The notes below the pieces were generated by a model, which searched no databases, was not told the origin of the DNA, and saw nothing but the letters and a program-made list of their open reading frames with translations. The position numbers and the translations under genes are program-made. Positions 1-10,104 of a stretch of DNA of 64,000 nucleotides are shown here, one piece after another. Position 1 is the first letter of the stretch. Every line of letters starts with the position of its first letter. The DNA comes from Barthelona sp. PCE (Eukaryota): assembly GCA_040285745.1 (NCBI GenBank), contig JAUFOR010000007.1:62001-126000 (forward strand), read 5' to 3'.

Positions 1-583
1 ATCTGTCGGTTGCAAAGATCTTCTCTATGATTGGCTTGACAGCTGAATCTGTCCCGAACGGCCAGAGACTTGACTCTTGATGGCAAAATAAAATCGAATT
101 GATGATCTCTGCATTCACCCCCAGCTTCTGTGGTATTCTCTCAACGATTTCGCTATTTGGAACTGACTCAACAATTGGTTCCTCGCCTCCCCTACGCTGT
201 TCAAGCCACTTATTGGACTTTGTAGTAAAACTAGTTTTCGTTCCCTCAACCATTTTCTTCACACCAAAGTTTTCTGTCTCATTATGCCCTCTGACATCAA
301 AGTACAGCTCAACACCCGCCTTGATACGAGATGCTGTAGTACTATTAGCGTTAAGAAATAGTCTTGGTTTAGGAAGATCAGGTGGAGTGGCACCTGTACA
401 TGCAAACTTGAGAGATTCAATGAGTGTTGTCTTGCCCGCGCCGTTATCACCCTGGATAATTGTTAACGGCAGGTGAAACTTAATAGACTGAGAATTATGT
501 GGATCTGGGTTGAAACTACGAATTCCATACAGCTTCAGCTCGTCCAAAACAAAGACATAATCAGATGCTGTTGTGCTTTCCAT
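1..583 (-). CDS. RAD50: DNA repair protein Rad50, N-terminal part (runs off the left edge)
   Basis: Manual translation from the ATG at 583 gives MESTTASDYVFVLDELKLYGIRSFNPD...PLTIIQGDNGAGKTTLIESLKFACTGATPP. This has the Rad50 GIRSF motif, Walker A and the following TG-x-x-PP. It is absent from the ORF track. Confidence 0.9.
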   Translation of the reverse strand, partial: MESTTASDYVFVLDELKLYGIRSFNPDPHNSQSIKFHLPLTIIQGDNGAGKTTLIESLKFACTGATPPDLPKPRLFLNANSTTASRIKAGVELYFDVRGHNETENFGVKKMVEGTKTSFTTKSNKWLEQRRGGEEPIVESVPNSEIVERIPQKLGVNAEIINSILFCHQESSLWPFGTDSAVKPIIEKIFATDR

Positions 584-741
584 CTGAACGTAAGAAACGG
601 GTAAGAATTGGAAAAACGAAACTTTTCTGCATAAAAATCATTTTCTTGTTCTTTTCAATTGGAATATGGTCTCCCCAAAGAACAAAAGTACTTTTAAAAT
701 GAATAAAACAAAATAAAATCACTGAAGTTTATTACTGGTTT

Positions 742-1371
742 CTAATTTATAGTATCGCGTTGTAATAAATCATTACAAAGGTTTGCAATTGGACGGAATT
801 CGGATTCATTAATCAGATTATATTCCTTTACGAAGAAAAGAAAATGTTTTAATGTTGAATTGACACTTTGCTCGATATGACAGTGTTCCATTGTCTCATA
901 ATGCTTAGTGTATAAGTGTGCAAAAACCCTAAAGAGTCTTCGGAAACAAGTCTTAACGATAGAATCAAAGTCTGAAGGCCAACTTTCATTAGCATCAGTT
1001 GGAAAACGCTCAATTTGTTGTTTGACATAAGCAAACAACATATAAATATAATCTGGAGCAGGCATGCTTGTGGGCTGAGGGTATTTATCGTTATCGCGCC
1101 ACAAATAACGGTGCTGACTTCCTGCTGTCATTTCTGGACAAGATTCCTTGGTACAATCGTAACTGACAACTTCATAAATCATTGTGAGTATGTTATAGAA
1201 TTCTAGAAGCTGGACAGAGACGAAGTCTTGGTATGTGTCTGATTCAGGAAGCTGTACAAGTAAACGTAAATTTCCGCTACCGATTGTCAAGCGTGAAAAG
1301 GTGGCACGAAGGTTTTCAGCTGCCTGAGATGCAGAATTTCTCACCTCCATTACGGTTGTGCTTGGGGCCAT
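742..1371 (-). CDS. MOB1: MOB kinase activator (Mob1 family)
   Basis: Motifs LVQLP, CTKESCPEMTAG, YLWRD, PAPDYI and RLFRVFAHLYTKH. Start placed at ATG 1371, just downstream of a CCTTTCA motif; the track start is non-ATG. Confidence 0.92.
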   Translation of the reverse strand: MAPSTTVMEVRNSASQAAENLRATFSRLTIGSGNLRLLVQLPESDTYQDFVSVQLLEFYNILTMIYEVVSYDCTKESCPEMTAGSQHRYLWRDNDKYPQPTSMPAPDYIYMLFAYVKQQIERFPTDANESWPSDFDSIVKTCFRRLFRVFAHLYTKHYETMEHCHIEQSVNSTLKHFLFFVKEYNLINESEFRPIANLCNDLLQRDTIN

Positions 1372-1618
1372 TGAGTGTTTTGTGAGTGAAAGGGGATTTT
1401 TTTTGGATGACAGGTTTAGAATATTTTTTGCTGATGAAATAACGCCAATAAGATAATCATGCCACAAATTTGGGTTTACAACGATAAAAATAGAAAAATA
1501 AATTGCTCAAATATTGCCTGAAACTCATACTTCTCAATCATAATGTTCTAAATGAACTTACTGCTGTTTATTGCGTGCGGGGTAGATCTGTGTGGTGCTC
1601 ATTATGTTTGACTACAAT

Positions 1619-1849
1619 TTAAAGGATTTCAAACTGGTTTGAACCGCTAGCAGCCAATAGATGTACGGCTATGAAGAACCAAATCGTAGCCGACACAAAG
1701 CCCAATGAATTAATGAACTCTTTTATGATTTCTAAGATATCACTTTGTGCATCAGATGCTTTCATCCAACTAACACCATAACAAATAATGCTGATGATGA
1801 TAAACAAAATAGAAAAGACTACGTGACGTGCCCTGCTGCTTTTTGCCAT
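1619..1849 (-). CDS. small hypothetical membrane protein (two hydrophobic segments)
   Basis: 76-aa ORF from ATG 1849 (MAKSSRARH...) with two predicted TM helices; no family recognised. Confidence 0.5.
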   Translation of the reverse strand: MAKSSRARHVVFSILFIIISIICYGVSWMKASDAQSDILEIIKEFINSLGFVSATIWFFIAVHLLAASGSNQFEIL

Positions 1850-2035
1850 TTTTGGAAAGGGAATAAAACACAAAAACACTATGTTAGATGATTACAAGTT
1901 TTTAATTCGGCTAATTAGACTAAGTGATGAATGTACACTGTGCAAATATGCAAAAAAACATTGAATTTACTGTTTTCCACATTGAAACCCTAACAACCCT
2001 GCAGTTTTTCTATCGCATATAATTACTTTAAAACT

Positions 2036-2305
2036 ATGCCACGGATTGTTTTTGAACACTTTAGTGCTGAAGAAAAAACTGAAGAACTTATAGCTGAGAA
2101 TGAAGAACTCAAAGCTGGTCAGCAAAGGATGATGGCTGAAATAACTGAACTTCGCAAGCTTCTTGTCGTTGTATCAGCCAAAGCTGATTCACTAGCTACT
2201 CAACTAGACGAAATGAGAGAAAATCATCCTGGTCTAGCTGTTCCGCCAATCTCATCTGAATCAGATGAATCATCAGATTCAGACATGTTTGGTCTGTTTG
2301 GTTAA
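2036..2305 (+). CDS. small coiled-coil protein with a ribosomal P-protein-like acidic/FGLF C-terminus
   Basis: Heptad pattern over roughly residues 10-62; ends SSESDESSDSDMFGLFG. Confidence 0.7.
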   Translation: MPRIVFEHFSAEEKTEELIAENEELKAGQQRMMAEITELRKLLVVVSAKADSLATQLDEMRENHPGLAVPPISSESDESSDSDMFGLFG

Positions 2306-2352
2306 AGTTTTTAATGGTGTTTATTTTTTTAATAAGAAGAAGAAGAAGTTGA

Positions 2353-5300
2353 TCACAAAGCAATGGCACGAACCTGAACTGAACCAGATCGATCTCTAAA
2401 GAAGATTATGTTAATAAAGATTGCAACTAAAATGGCAATGCCAACAATAATAGCGCCATAGACAACGAGCATTTTGAAATCAACCTCATCAGGTGGTGTG
2501 ACATCAATGGTTGGGATAGTAAATGAACGCAGGGTAAGCTCTGATGAGCTCTGAGTCTCGAAATAACGTGCACTGGTCGAGAAACCATTATCTGAAGTGG
2601 CAAGGACGTCGAATATACAAGCTTCAACGAACTCATCTCTGAGCATAGTGTTACCATCAAGATCCTTCAGACCGTTTGCAATACACTCAGCACGTGCGCT
2701 CTCAATATCTACCGCCTCGAAAGAATCGATAGTGGCGGGCTCAAACGCCAGGTCAAGGAACGAGGCCGGGGAGTATCCGTCAGGGTATGTAAAGAGAGAC
2801 TCGTGGCTACCGATAGCCCAATCAAGGAAGAATGCGCGCATAGCAGCATCATTCTTCTGGTCAACAGCAGATCCATCACGCATAGTGAGCTCTGAGCCAG
2901 AAACAGCTCCAGCGACACCCATGAGACCCTCTGAGAGGACGACACTTGCGTCAAGCGCAATGCCAACACCGAAGAAGGCGGTTGATGATGTGGAACGAGA
3001 GGAAATGACAACAGTAGTCTCTCCACACGACACTTCAATATCGGTTCCGCCGTTCCTGACTGCAACATTAGGAACGTCACCATTGATTACCTTAGTACCG
3101 TTCACAAAGATATCTGCACCGTTTAGTCCCGCGCGGATTTCTGTTATCTCACCGTAATGCTTGATTGCAATGGCAGTAACAACGGTACCGACGCCTACGG
3201 GCTCGAAACGTGTCTGGACCTCTGTCTTATCATCCTTTGAGAGGATGAACTCACCAGGAACCTGCATATCATAGATGGAACCAGTGTGTGTGACAATATG
3301 AGGATCACCAAAAGTACCACGAGGAGAAGATGTCGAGACCTCTGTGGGAACAACGGTGAAATAAAGTTGATCAAAGAATGCGTGACCAGATCTGTTGAAG
3401 AAGACAGCGTAGTAATCAATGTGCTTGATTGGCTTACTCACCTCGAACTTGTGCTCACGGTACATCCAGTTGTATGTACCAGTGGGGAAGGTGATGAGCT
3501 GCGACGATAAAACGCTGTCATCCTGGAATGTGATGTCGCATACAATAGCGTATGTTGATGACTCGACACCACTAACACTGTTAGCCTTTGCCCAACCGCT
3601 CATGTAAACAATTTGGTTACCAATGTCCTCTGGCTGATCGAGGATCAGATTTTGGTGGGCACCATACTCTCGTACAGTACAGTTGGGGTTTGCACCCATA
3701 ATAAGAGATGCCTCCTTACCCTTGATCTGGGCGGGGAGCAGCGTGGTTTCACGAGAAACATCATAGGAACATTGTCCCTCACCGGCCCAGAACTGCGAAT
3801 AGCGATGATCATCACGCATCCACTCTGTAATCTCATCAGTCCAATCGTGGACAGTCACGTTGAACTTGAGAGGGAACCACTCATTAATGATGGTGTAATC
3901 CATGGAGGGGTTGAGCAGCAGGTTAGATGTCGGGTGCTCGACGTTGACGGCATCGAAGCAAACCTTTCCACTAACGTTGAAGAACTGCAGCATGACACTG
4001 ACAGATTTCGTCCTCTTCTGAGGAATGACACTTACGACAGCACGCTCATAGGGGTGTGACGCGAGGTGGAAGTTGGCAAAATGCTCAGAAGTTGACTCGT
4101 CCTCGTACTTAACAACAACAATCAATGAATAGGTGGGCATGTAGAACTCGTGCATGTATGGTTCTGTGACGTTTTCTGCCGACGACCATGTGCTGACTGC
4201 AAAAGGAGCTGTTGTGTTGAGGGTCTTTGTCTGCTTCAGATACGACAGAACGTTGAACTCGTTGTGTTCGACACAAGCGGCCTTTACGCCAGTGCGTGTG
4301 TTGTTCTCAACTGCCCAGGGGCCAACAACAGTCCAGTCATCCAGGTCAGACTCAAACGATGGGTTGTCCAATGAAGGCATGACGTGTGCCAGTGTTTTGT
4401 ACATCAAAACATGCTTGTGTTTGAAGTGGGGTACAATACAGCGGCCACGATAACCAGTACGGTGGAAACCACCATCAGTGCTCAATTGGAGCCTGTCATT
4501 GTCGAGGATACGTGCTTCAGACGACCAGGGTACAAGACCCCAGCCAGAAGGCAATGCGTAAGGCTCATCGGACTCGTAGTCAAAGTCAAGAGGGTGCTTT
4601 CCTTCAACGGTAGCATACATATCATCTGAGAGAATGATGGAATGCTCCAAGTGTGTGATTAAGCCGTGCTCGGAAGGAATATCATCAAGCTCAGGAATGT
4701 CACAGCTGGGAACACTATCCACTCTAATAATATCAAAGAGCGAGTGTACAAACAGTGCCTGTGCAGCCATACGGGGCTCATTAGTTGCCCCAACGTCTGT
4801 CTTACAGAACTCAAGGGTTGAACCAGTGAGTCCCATAGTCGTACAGATGTAGTCTGCAGGGGTAATGCTGCTTTCAACCTCGAGGTTCGACGAGTTAAAC
4901 AACAGAGTGCGATAGAAGTGTGTGTACATGTTGACGTCCGTATCAAAGGCAACATCGCTCACAACCAGCTCATCACTGTAATCTAGAGCTGCACTGTCAA
5001 AAGACAGTGTCGTAGCGTTCTTCCACCATGTCATGTTGACTGGCATACCAACAAATGCGGCCATGACCAGTCGATCGTACTCGTTACCGTCCATGTAAAC
5101 CTTATCCTCATGCACTGACCAGAATGCAATCTTGATTGTGGGCGTGTCCGCGCGTGATAAGTTAAGCGTAAGAACGTAATCTTCCTCCAGTACGTGGACA
5201 TCAGTATCCATATCCAGACCCATTGCACTAATTGTACCGTCGATTGTGAACTGGAAATCATCGTTGTCTGCCAACGTGGTAAGTGAGCCGTTGATATAAA

Positions 5301-7917
5301 CATCGTAATCGGCGCTAGCCTTAAGGGCAAACTCGTATGTTGTTGCGTCGCTCTCAATGAGAATGGCTGTTAGACCGACCTTTGGCTCGATACGTGCTGC
5401 GACGTAGCCCTCATCGAAAGTCAGAAGCAAGTGCTCACCGTCAGCTAAGGAAGTGACACTGTCATCGAGACCGATCATACGGTTGGAGTAAACAGCAAAC
5501 CACTCGGCTGGGGGAGCCCAGTACTCGGGTTCGGGGAGAGGGGTGGGGGTAGATAGAAGGATACCGCCATGACATGGATGCACCCAGATATAATTGGTGA
5601 AGTTGTAAACAGTAACATCGGTACAAATCTCGATGTTGTAACATGAATCTTCAATTGACACGTTGCATGTGACGCCAGGTGTGTAGTCAAAAACAGCCTT
5701 GCGTGCAACACCGTCACTGAAGACAAGACACTTTCCACCATAGTATCCTCTTCCGAGGAGCCTTCTGGCGTTCTCATTCCAATCAGCGACGTTATAATCG
5801 GGATGGATCAGGAGAGGAGTAGCTTGGCAAGAAGAGGGGGATACGACGAGCGGGTCCTCATCCTCAAGCGTTGCGAAAGTCTCGTTGTGAATCAAGACAG
5901 TGTACTCGTATTCAGCGACATCAGTGGGCAGGGGATCGGCAACACCGCTGACAATCAGAACACGGGCAGCACACTGTTTGGGCTTGTGGAGAACACGACA
6001 GTTTCCGCCTGAGTAAAGCCAGTCGGTACCACAAGTCGTACCATCTGTTGTTGAGACAGCACGGCCGTTCTCCAGAATGAGACACGTTGTACCAAAGTAG
6101 ACCTCGTTCAAGAGCATAAACAGCTTAGTGTAGATGTCGTCCTCAGCAAGACGCCAGCCCTCGGGGACGGAGTAACCGTTACGAGTACAGCCATCCCAGC
6201 CAGTCATTGGTGTTGCATAAGGATCGTAGTTATCCAGAACAGCAAACTTGAGACCATTGAACTCGATGCTGTTTGTAATGTCGAAGGACCACTTGGGTCT
6301 GTTGACGACAGGCACAGTATCGTTATTGCCGTCTGTTCCGTTAACAGGAGAGTCGGGTGTGGAGATGACCGTGTCGTTCTTAATGATGACCTTTTGCGTC
6401 TCGTTCTTCGGACAAATACCGACAGTAATAATACCGTCACCGTTCGTGTCATTGACAAGAACGTTCTCGTGACACAGTGTACCGTTGGCAGAGAAATAAG
6501 AGTTGCCATCACCGCACACAAGACAGTCGCAACCCCAAGGGAACTGAATGATAATATCAATTGTTTCGTTGTCACATGGGGCGACAACCCATCCGTCTGG
6601 GAGTGTGATGTTCGGCATGTTACCGTTATCAACACGGTCGGGGTTGGTGTTGTCACCGGTTGCATAAGTTCCGTTGTCACCCGGAACAGTCTCGGTCACG
6701 GGAGGCTTATCAATGACGTTACCATCATCGTCAACGGATGGCGTGTTACCAAAATCAAGATCTCCAGAAACTTCGGCGAAGAAAACAAGATCATTGTAGT
6801 CCTTGTCTCCGCCCTTCCAAAGGTCTTCAAAACCAAGGAGGATACGGTCGTCCTGCTCGTCCTTGACGACGGCAACGTGGACAAGACCATCGCCATTGGA
6901 GAAATCCCCCTTGCGCAGAGAGTAGAACTTGTAACCGAAGGGGTAATTCCAACCGTTGGAAATCATAAAGAATCCAATGTTGGTACCCGCCTCGAACGGT
7001 CCGATGGAAATGGTGTGACGGGCGTGGAGACAGTCACTGCGGAATGATGTATCCAGGAAGAGCAACTTCTCCTCGATGAGCTGATGGCTACCATCATACG
7101 TGAAGTAACCGAATGAATTACGGAATCCAGCTCCCTCGAACACAACAGTAAGATTAACATACGAGCTGGTTAGAAGATGAAGGTTAGGATCTAACAAATC
7201 ATCAATAAAGGCTGGTTCAATGACGCTGCTCTCCGGGAACACGTTCTTGACGCGCTGCAAAAAGTCAACGGAGACGTTGTTGTGATCGAACAATTCTCCA
7301 TGCAAAGGTGAACAGCCAACATCATAACCGGGGAAGTCTTCGAAAGCTTCAATACAGTCAACATCTGCTGCCTTCGAAAAGGTAAGCTCGAAGATGTTGC
7401 CCTTGTACTCGGTCTTTGAATTGGTTAATGAGCGAAGAACACCCATAATGTAAACATTCGAATCTTCATAGTCTTGCATCATGTAAAACGAGGGTGTCTC
7501 CCAAACGGAAGCATCCACAATGGAACTGTACTTGTTTTTGTACTTGGAATCATAGTAGAATCCAAGTTTAGTCCCGTTTGAAAACGGTCCAATCGTATAG
7601 ACCGTGTTCTTCTTTGTTTTCTTGGAAAGTTCGTCAATGATCTCCGTCTCTGTGATGTTTCCGTCGTCCTCAACGATATAATAACCGAATCCGGATTTAT
7701 AACCATGAAATGTCTCAAGGTGTTTAACATCAATTGATGTATCGTCAGAAGTAATGTGGATCTCATTTGTAAACATGCGTGGGAAATACGCGAGAGGCAA
7801 ACGCTTTTTGATATGCGTCTTCATTGTTGCAGTAGAAGAAAAAACGCCACCAAACATGCTAATAAGCATTATAGCCAAAAGAATATGCTGTAACGTGAAA
7901 GATCGTTGCATTTTCAT
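2353..7917 (-). CDS. large type-I membrane surface protein: DUF4114-like domains, Cys repeats, carbohydrate-binding-like modules, VWD domain
   Basis: Signal peptide after ATG 7917. EGAGFRNSFGYF...GFEDL..GGDKDYNDLVF (DUF4114-like), NPSFE/NPSMD CBM-like starts, GDPH + GEFIL (VWD), CIFDV motif, C-terminal TM and short tail. Confidence 0.8.
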   Translation of the reverse strand: MKMQRSFTLQHILLAIMLISMFGGVFSSTATMKTHIKKRLPLAYFPRMFTNEIHITSDDTSIDVKHLETFHGYKSGFGYYIVEDDGNITETEIIDELSKKTKKNTVYTIGPFSNGTKLGFYYDSKYKNKYSSIVDASVWETPSFYMMQDYEDSNVYIMGVLRSLTNSKTEYKGNIFELTFSKAADVDCIEAFEDFPGYDVGCSPLHGELFDHNNVSVDFLQRVKNVFPESSVIEPAFIDDLLDPNLHLLTSSYVNLTVVFEGAGFRNSFGYFTYDGSHQLIEEKLLFLDTSFRSDCLHARHTISIGPFEAGTNIGFFMISNGWNYPFGYKFYSLRKGDFSNGDGLVHVAVVKDEQDDRILLGFEDLWKGGDKDYNDLVFFAEVSGDLDFGNTPSVDDDGNVIDKPPVTETVPGDNGTYATGDNTNPDRVDNGNMPNITLPDGWVVAPCDNETIDIIIQFPWGCDCLVCGDGNSYFSANGTLCHENVLVNDTNGDGIITVGICPKNETQKVIIKNDTVISTPDSPVNGTDGNNDTVPVVNRPKWSFDITNSIEFNGLKFAVLDNYDPYATPMTGWDGCTRNGYSVPEGWRLAEDDIYTKLFMLLNEVYFGTTCLILENGRAVSTTDGTTCGTDWLYSGGNCRVLHKPKQCAARVLIVSGVADPLPTDVAEYEYTVLIHNETFATLEDEDPLVVSPSSCQATPLLIHPDYNVADWNENARRLLGRGYYGGKCLVFSDGVARKAVFDYTPGVTCNVSIEDSCYNIEICTDVTVYNFTNYIWVHPCHGGILLSTPTPLPEPEYWAPPAEWFAVYSNRMIGLDDSVTSLADGEHLLLTFDEGYVAARIEPKVGLTAILIESDATTYEFALKASADYDVYINGSLTTLADNDDFQFTIDGTISAMGLDMDTDVHVLEEDYVLTLNLSRADTPTIKIAFWSVHEDKVYMDGNEYDRLVMAAFVGMPVNMTWWKNATTLSFDSAALDYSDELVVSDVAFDTDVNMYTHFYRTLLFNSSNLEVESSITPADYICTTMGLTGSTLEFCKTDVGATNEPRMAAQALFVHSLFDIIRVDSVPSCDIPELDDIPSEHGLITHLEHSIILSDDMYATVEGKHPLDFDYESDEPYALPSGWGLVPWSSEARILDNDRLQLSTDGGFHRTGYRGRCIVPHFKHKHVLMYKTLAHVMPSLDNPSFESDLDDWTVVGPWAVENNTRTGVKAACVEHNEFNVLSYLKQTKTLNTTAPFAVSTWSSAENVTEPYMHEFYMPTYSLIVVVKYEDESTSEHFANFHLASHPYERAVVSVIPQKRTKSVSVMLQFFNVSGKVCFDAVNVEHPTSNLLLNPSMDYTIINEWFPLKFNVTVHDWTDEITEWMRDDHRYSQFWAGEGQCSYDVSRETTLLPAQIKGKEASLIMGANPNCTVREYGAHQNLILDQPEDIGNQIVYMSGWAKANSVSGVESSTYAIVCDITFQDDSVLSSQLITFPTGTYNWMYREHKFEVSKPIKHIDYYAVFFNRSGHAFFDQLYFTVVPTEVSTSSPRGTFGDPHIVTHTGSIYDMQVPGEFILSKDDKTEVQTRFEPVGVGTVVTAIAIKHYGEITEIRAGLNGADIFVNGTKVINGDVPNVAVRNGGTDIEVSCGETTVVISSRSTSSTAFFGVGIALDASVVLSEGLMGVAGAVSGSELTMRDGSAVDQKNDAAMRAFFLDWAIGSHESLFTYPDGYSPASFLDLAFEPATIDSFEAVDIESARAECIANGLKDLDGNTMLRDEFVEACIFDVLATSDNGFSTSARYFETQSSSELTLRSFTIPTIDVTPPDEVDFKMLVVYGAIIVGIAILVAIFINIIFFRDRSGSVQVRAIAL

Positions 7918-8745
7918 GTTAGAATATGTAGAAAAAAGTATAAAAATTAAAAACAATAATATAATCATCGCCTGACACTTCTGTAAACTACTTTGATGGA
8001 TAAAGTTTGATGCTTTTTACTATTGTATCTATTAACCGGATAGAATCCTATGTATATACTTAATGTGTTGTGCTAATAATAAAGTTCTTATCAAACAGCT
8101 CTGCAGCTTTTCTTTCTTGTGGAAGCCACTGCACCATCAATTTTCCCGAACTTGTTAGCTATTACCAACAAAATTGAATGCCTATCTAAAAGCAGCAACC
8201 ATTTTGACTGATTCACTATTTTTCACCTGATATCACTCAAAATAATCGGTATATCTACAAATTTACTTTTTAAATATCTAAAAATCTTTGCAACTTTCAC
8301 AATAGTTAAGCAGGTTTCACAAAATATATAATATCCATAATAAACACAGTAATTCTTATACAAAAATCATAGTTAACGTTTTAAAACAAAAATTGAACCA
8401 AAAAAAAGTTTCTAAACTGCCAAAAAACAGAAATTTCCTCTATATTGCCAAACCACGTATCTTCAATGCCAATGTGCACCAAAACTCTCTACATCCATAT
8501 AGACAAACTTTAAAACTCCAAAAAATGTGCTAAACTGAGATATTCAACAAATCTTGTTCCTTTGCAATATGCATAAAAAGACATCATAAAAATGCTATTT
8601 TAGTAATATTATACCTCAAAGACTATTTAGAATGATTGCAATTCAAACAGAATCAAAGAAAATGAAAACATTAATGACTTATCAATGCCGTTCAACCTTT
8701 TCCCACCTTTTTTATTCCACATAGCTGCTTTTTACCCTTTTTAAA

Positions 8746-10077
8746 ATGAAATTCATTCTACTTTTAGCGCTACTTGTTGCTTGTGTATCCATTGAAGTTA
8801 ATGTTATGCTTCCTCTAACTATGGTTGGTAAAGGAGCTAAACTTAACGTTCCTGAGAGCACTATCGATGGCTGGTTTGATCGCTTACGTAGTGTAGGCAC
8901 AGATGGTGTCATGCTTGATGCTTTTTGGGGTGCTTTATCCACTGATAAATTTAAGTTTGACTTTTCCCCCATCAAGACTATCGTTGACATTGCTCGTAGA
9001 CACGGTCTGAAGGTTCAACTCGTTACCTCCTGGCACCAACTTGGTGGTAATGTTGGTGATCCAGTTTTTATTGGACTTCCTCAGTGGATCCTTGACGTTC
9101 AAAAGCAAGTTGACTACGATATCTTCTACCGCGATCAGTGGGGTCACTCTGATCCTGAATACGTTTCCCTTGGCGTTGCCGATAAGAAAATTTTCTACGG
9201 CAAGAGCATTATTGACATTTACCAAATGTACCTTGAGCAGATGCAGGACCAGATGAAGCTGTACTTCCAGGACGGTACCATTAACGAGTTACAAATCTCA
9301 CTTGGTCCCGCCGGTGAGCTCCGTTATCCCTCTTATATCTCCAAGCTCGGTGATCAACAGCTTTGGGATTTCCCTGGTGTTGGTGCATTTATGGCATGGA
9401 GTGAGCCTATGCTCGATAACCTCCGTTCATATATGAATGAGCTCGGCCACCCTGAGTGGACCACGCCTCCTACTGATGCAGGATGGTGGTCTTCCAAGCC
9501 ATGGGAGACGCTCTTCTTCACCAAGGGTTACAAGAGCGACTACGGACGTTCCTTCCTTTCTTGGTATTCTCAGCAGCTCATTGCATATGGTGATAAGGTG
9601 CTCGGTATGGTCAAAAAGACTATTAAGTACAACACCCAGATTGCTGCAAAGATCTCTGGCATCCACTGGCAATACAACACCGACAGCCACGCTGCTGAAG
9701 TCACCGCGGGTTACTTTAACACCGATGGCCAAGACGGTTACTACCCTATCCTTCAAATGTTCAACAGGCACGGTGTCGTCGTTGACTTCACCTGTCTTGA
9801 GTACCGCAACAATCAGATCGATACCCCTGGCGCCAACTCCAATCCCGAGAACCTCGTCAAGCAAGTTCGTGATGATGCCAAACGTATTGGAATGAGGTTC
9901 AGTGGTGAGAACGCTATTGAGCGTTTTGATCAGGATGCTTTCGATCAAGCCTACTATCAATCCACCCGTAACGGACCCATCCATGCCATCACGTGGTTGC
10001 GTCTTAGCGACAACATGCTCCAGTATGACAACTTCAACCGTTATGCTAACTTTGTTAAACGCATGCACAATGCCTAG
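8746..10077 (+). CDS. secreted beta-amylase (glycoside hydrolase family 14)
   Basis: Signal peptide; DGVMLDAFWG, HQLGGNVGD, LGPAGELRYPSY, KISGIHW, HAAEVTAGY, FTCLE, GENAI. Confidence 0.95.
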   Translation: MKFILLLALLVACVSIEVNVMLPLTMVGKGAKLNVPESTIDGWFDRLRSVGTDGVMLDAFWGALSTDKFKFDFSPIKTIVDIARRHGLKVQLVTSWHQLGGNVGDPVFIGLPQWILDVQKQVDYDIFYRDQWGHSDPEYVSLGVADKKIFYGKSIIDIYQMYLEQMQDQMKLYFQDGTINELQISLGPAGELRYPSYISKLGDQQLWDFPGVGAFMAWSEPMLDNLRSYMNELGHPEWTTPPTDAGWWSSKPWETLFFTKGYKSDYGRSFLSWYSQQLIAYGDKVLGMVKKTIKYNTQIAAKISGIHWQYNTDSHAAEVTAGYFNTDGQDGYYPILQMFNRHGVVVDFTCLEYRNNQIDTPGANSNPENLVKQVRDDAKRIGMRFSGENAIERFDQDAFDQAYYQSTRNGPIHAITWLRLSDNMLQYDNFNRYANFVKRMHNA

Positions 10078-10104
10078 TAAATTGTTTATATAGTTCAGCT
10101 TAAT

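Noticed and set aside
99-476. 125-aa plus-strand ORF, and the many other ORFs nested in or antisense to long genes
   Set aside because: They are shadows of real genes (here RAD50 on the minus strand), with no motifs and often non-ATG starts.
1985-1993. AAACCCTAA telomere/telo-box-like word upstream of the P-tail gene
   Set aside because: Single short occurrence, not a tandem array; expected by chance.
2334-2349. (AAG)n microsatellite between convergent genes
   Set aside because: Only about five units; no evidence of function.
7969-8745. Long AT-rich intergenic region as a possible ncRNA or element
   Set aside because: No repeat, convincing stem or snRNA/tRNA motif seen; consistent with a divergent promoter region.
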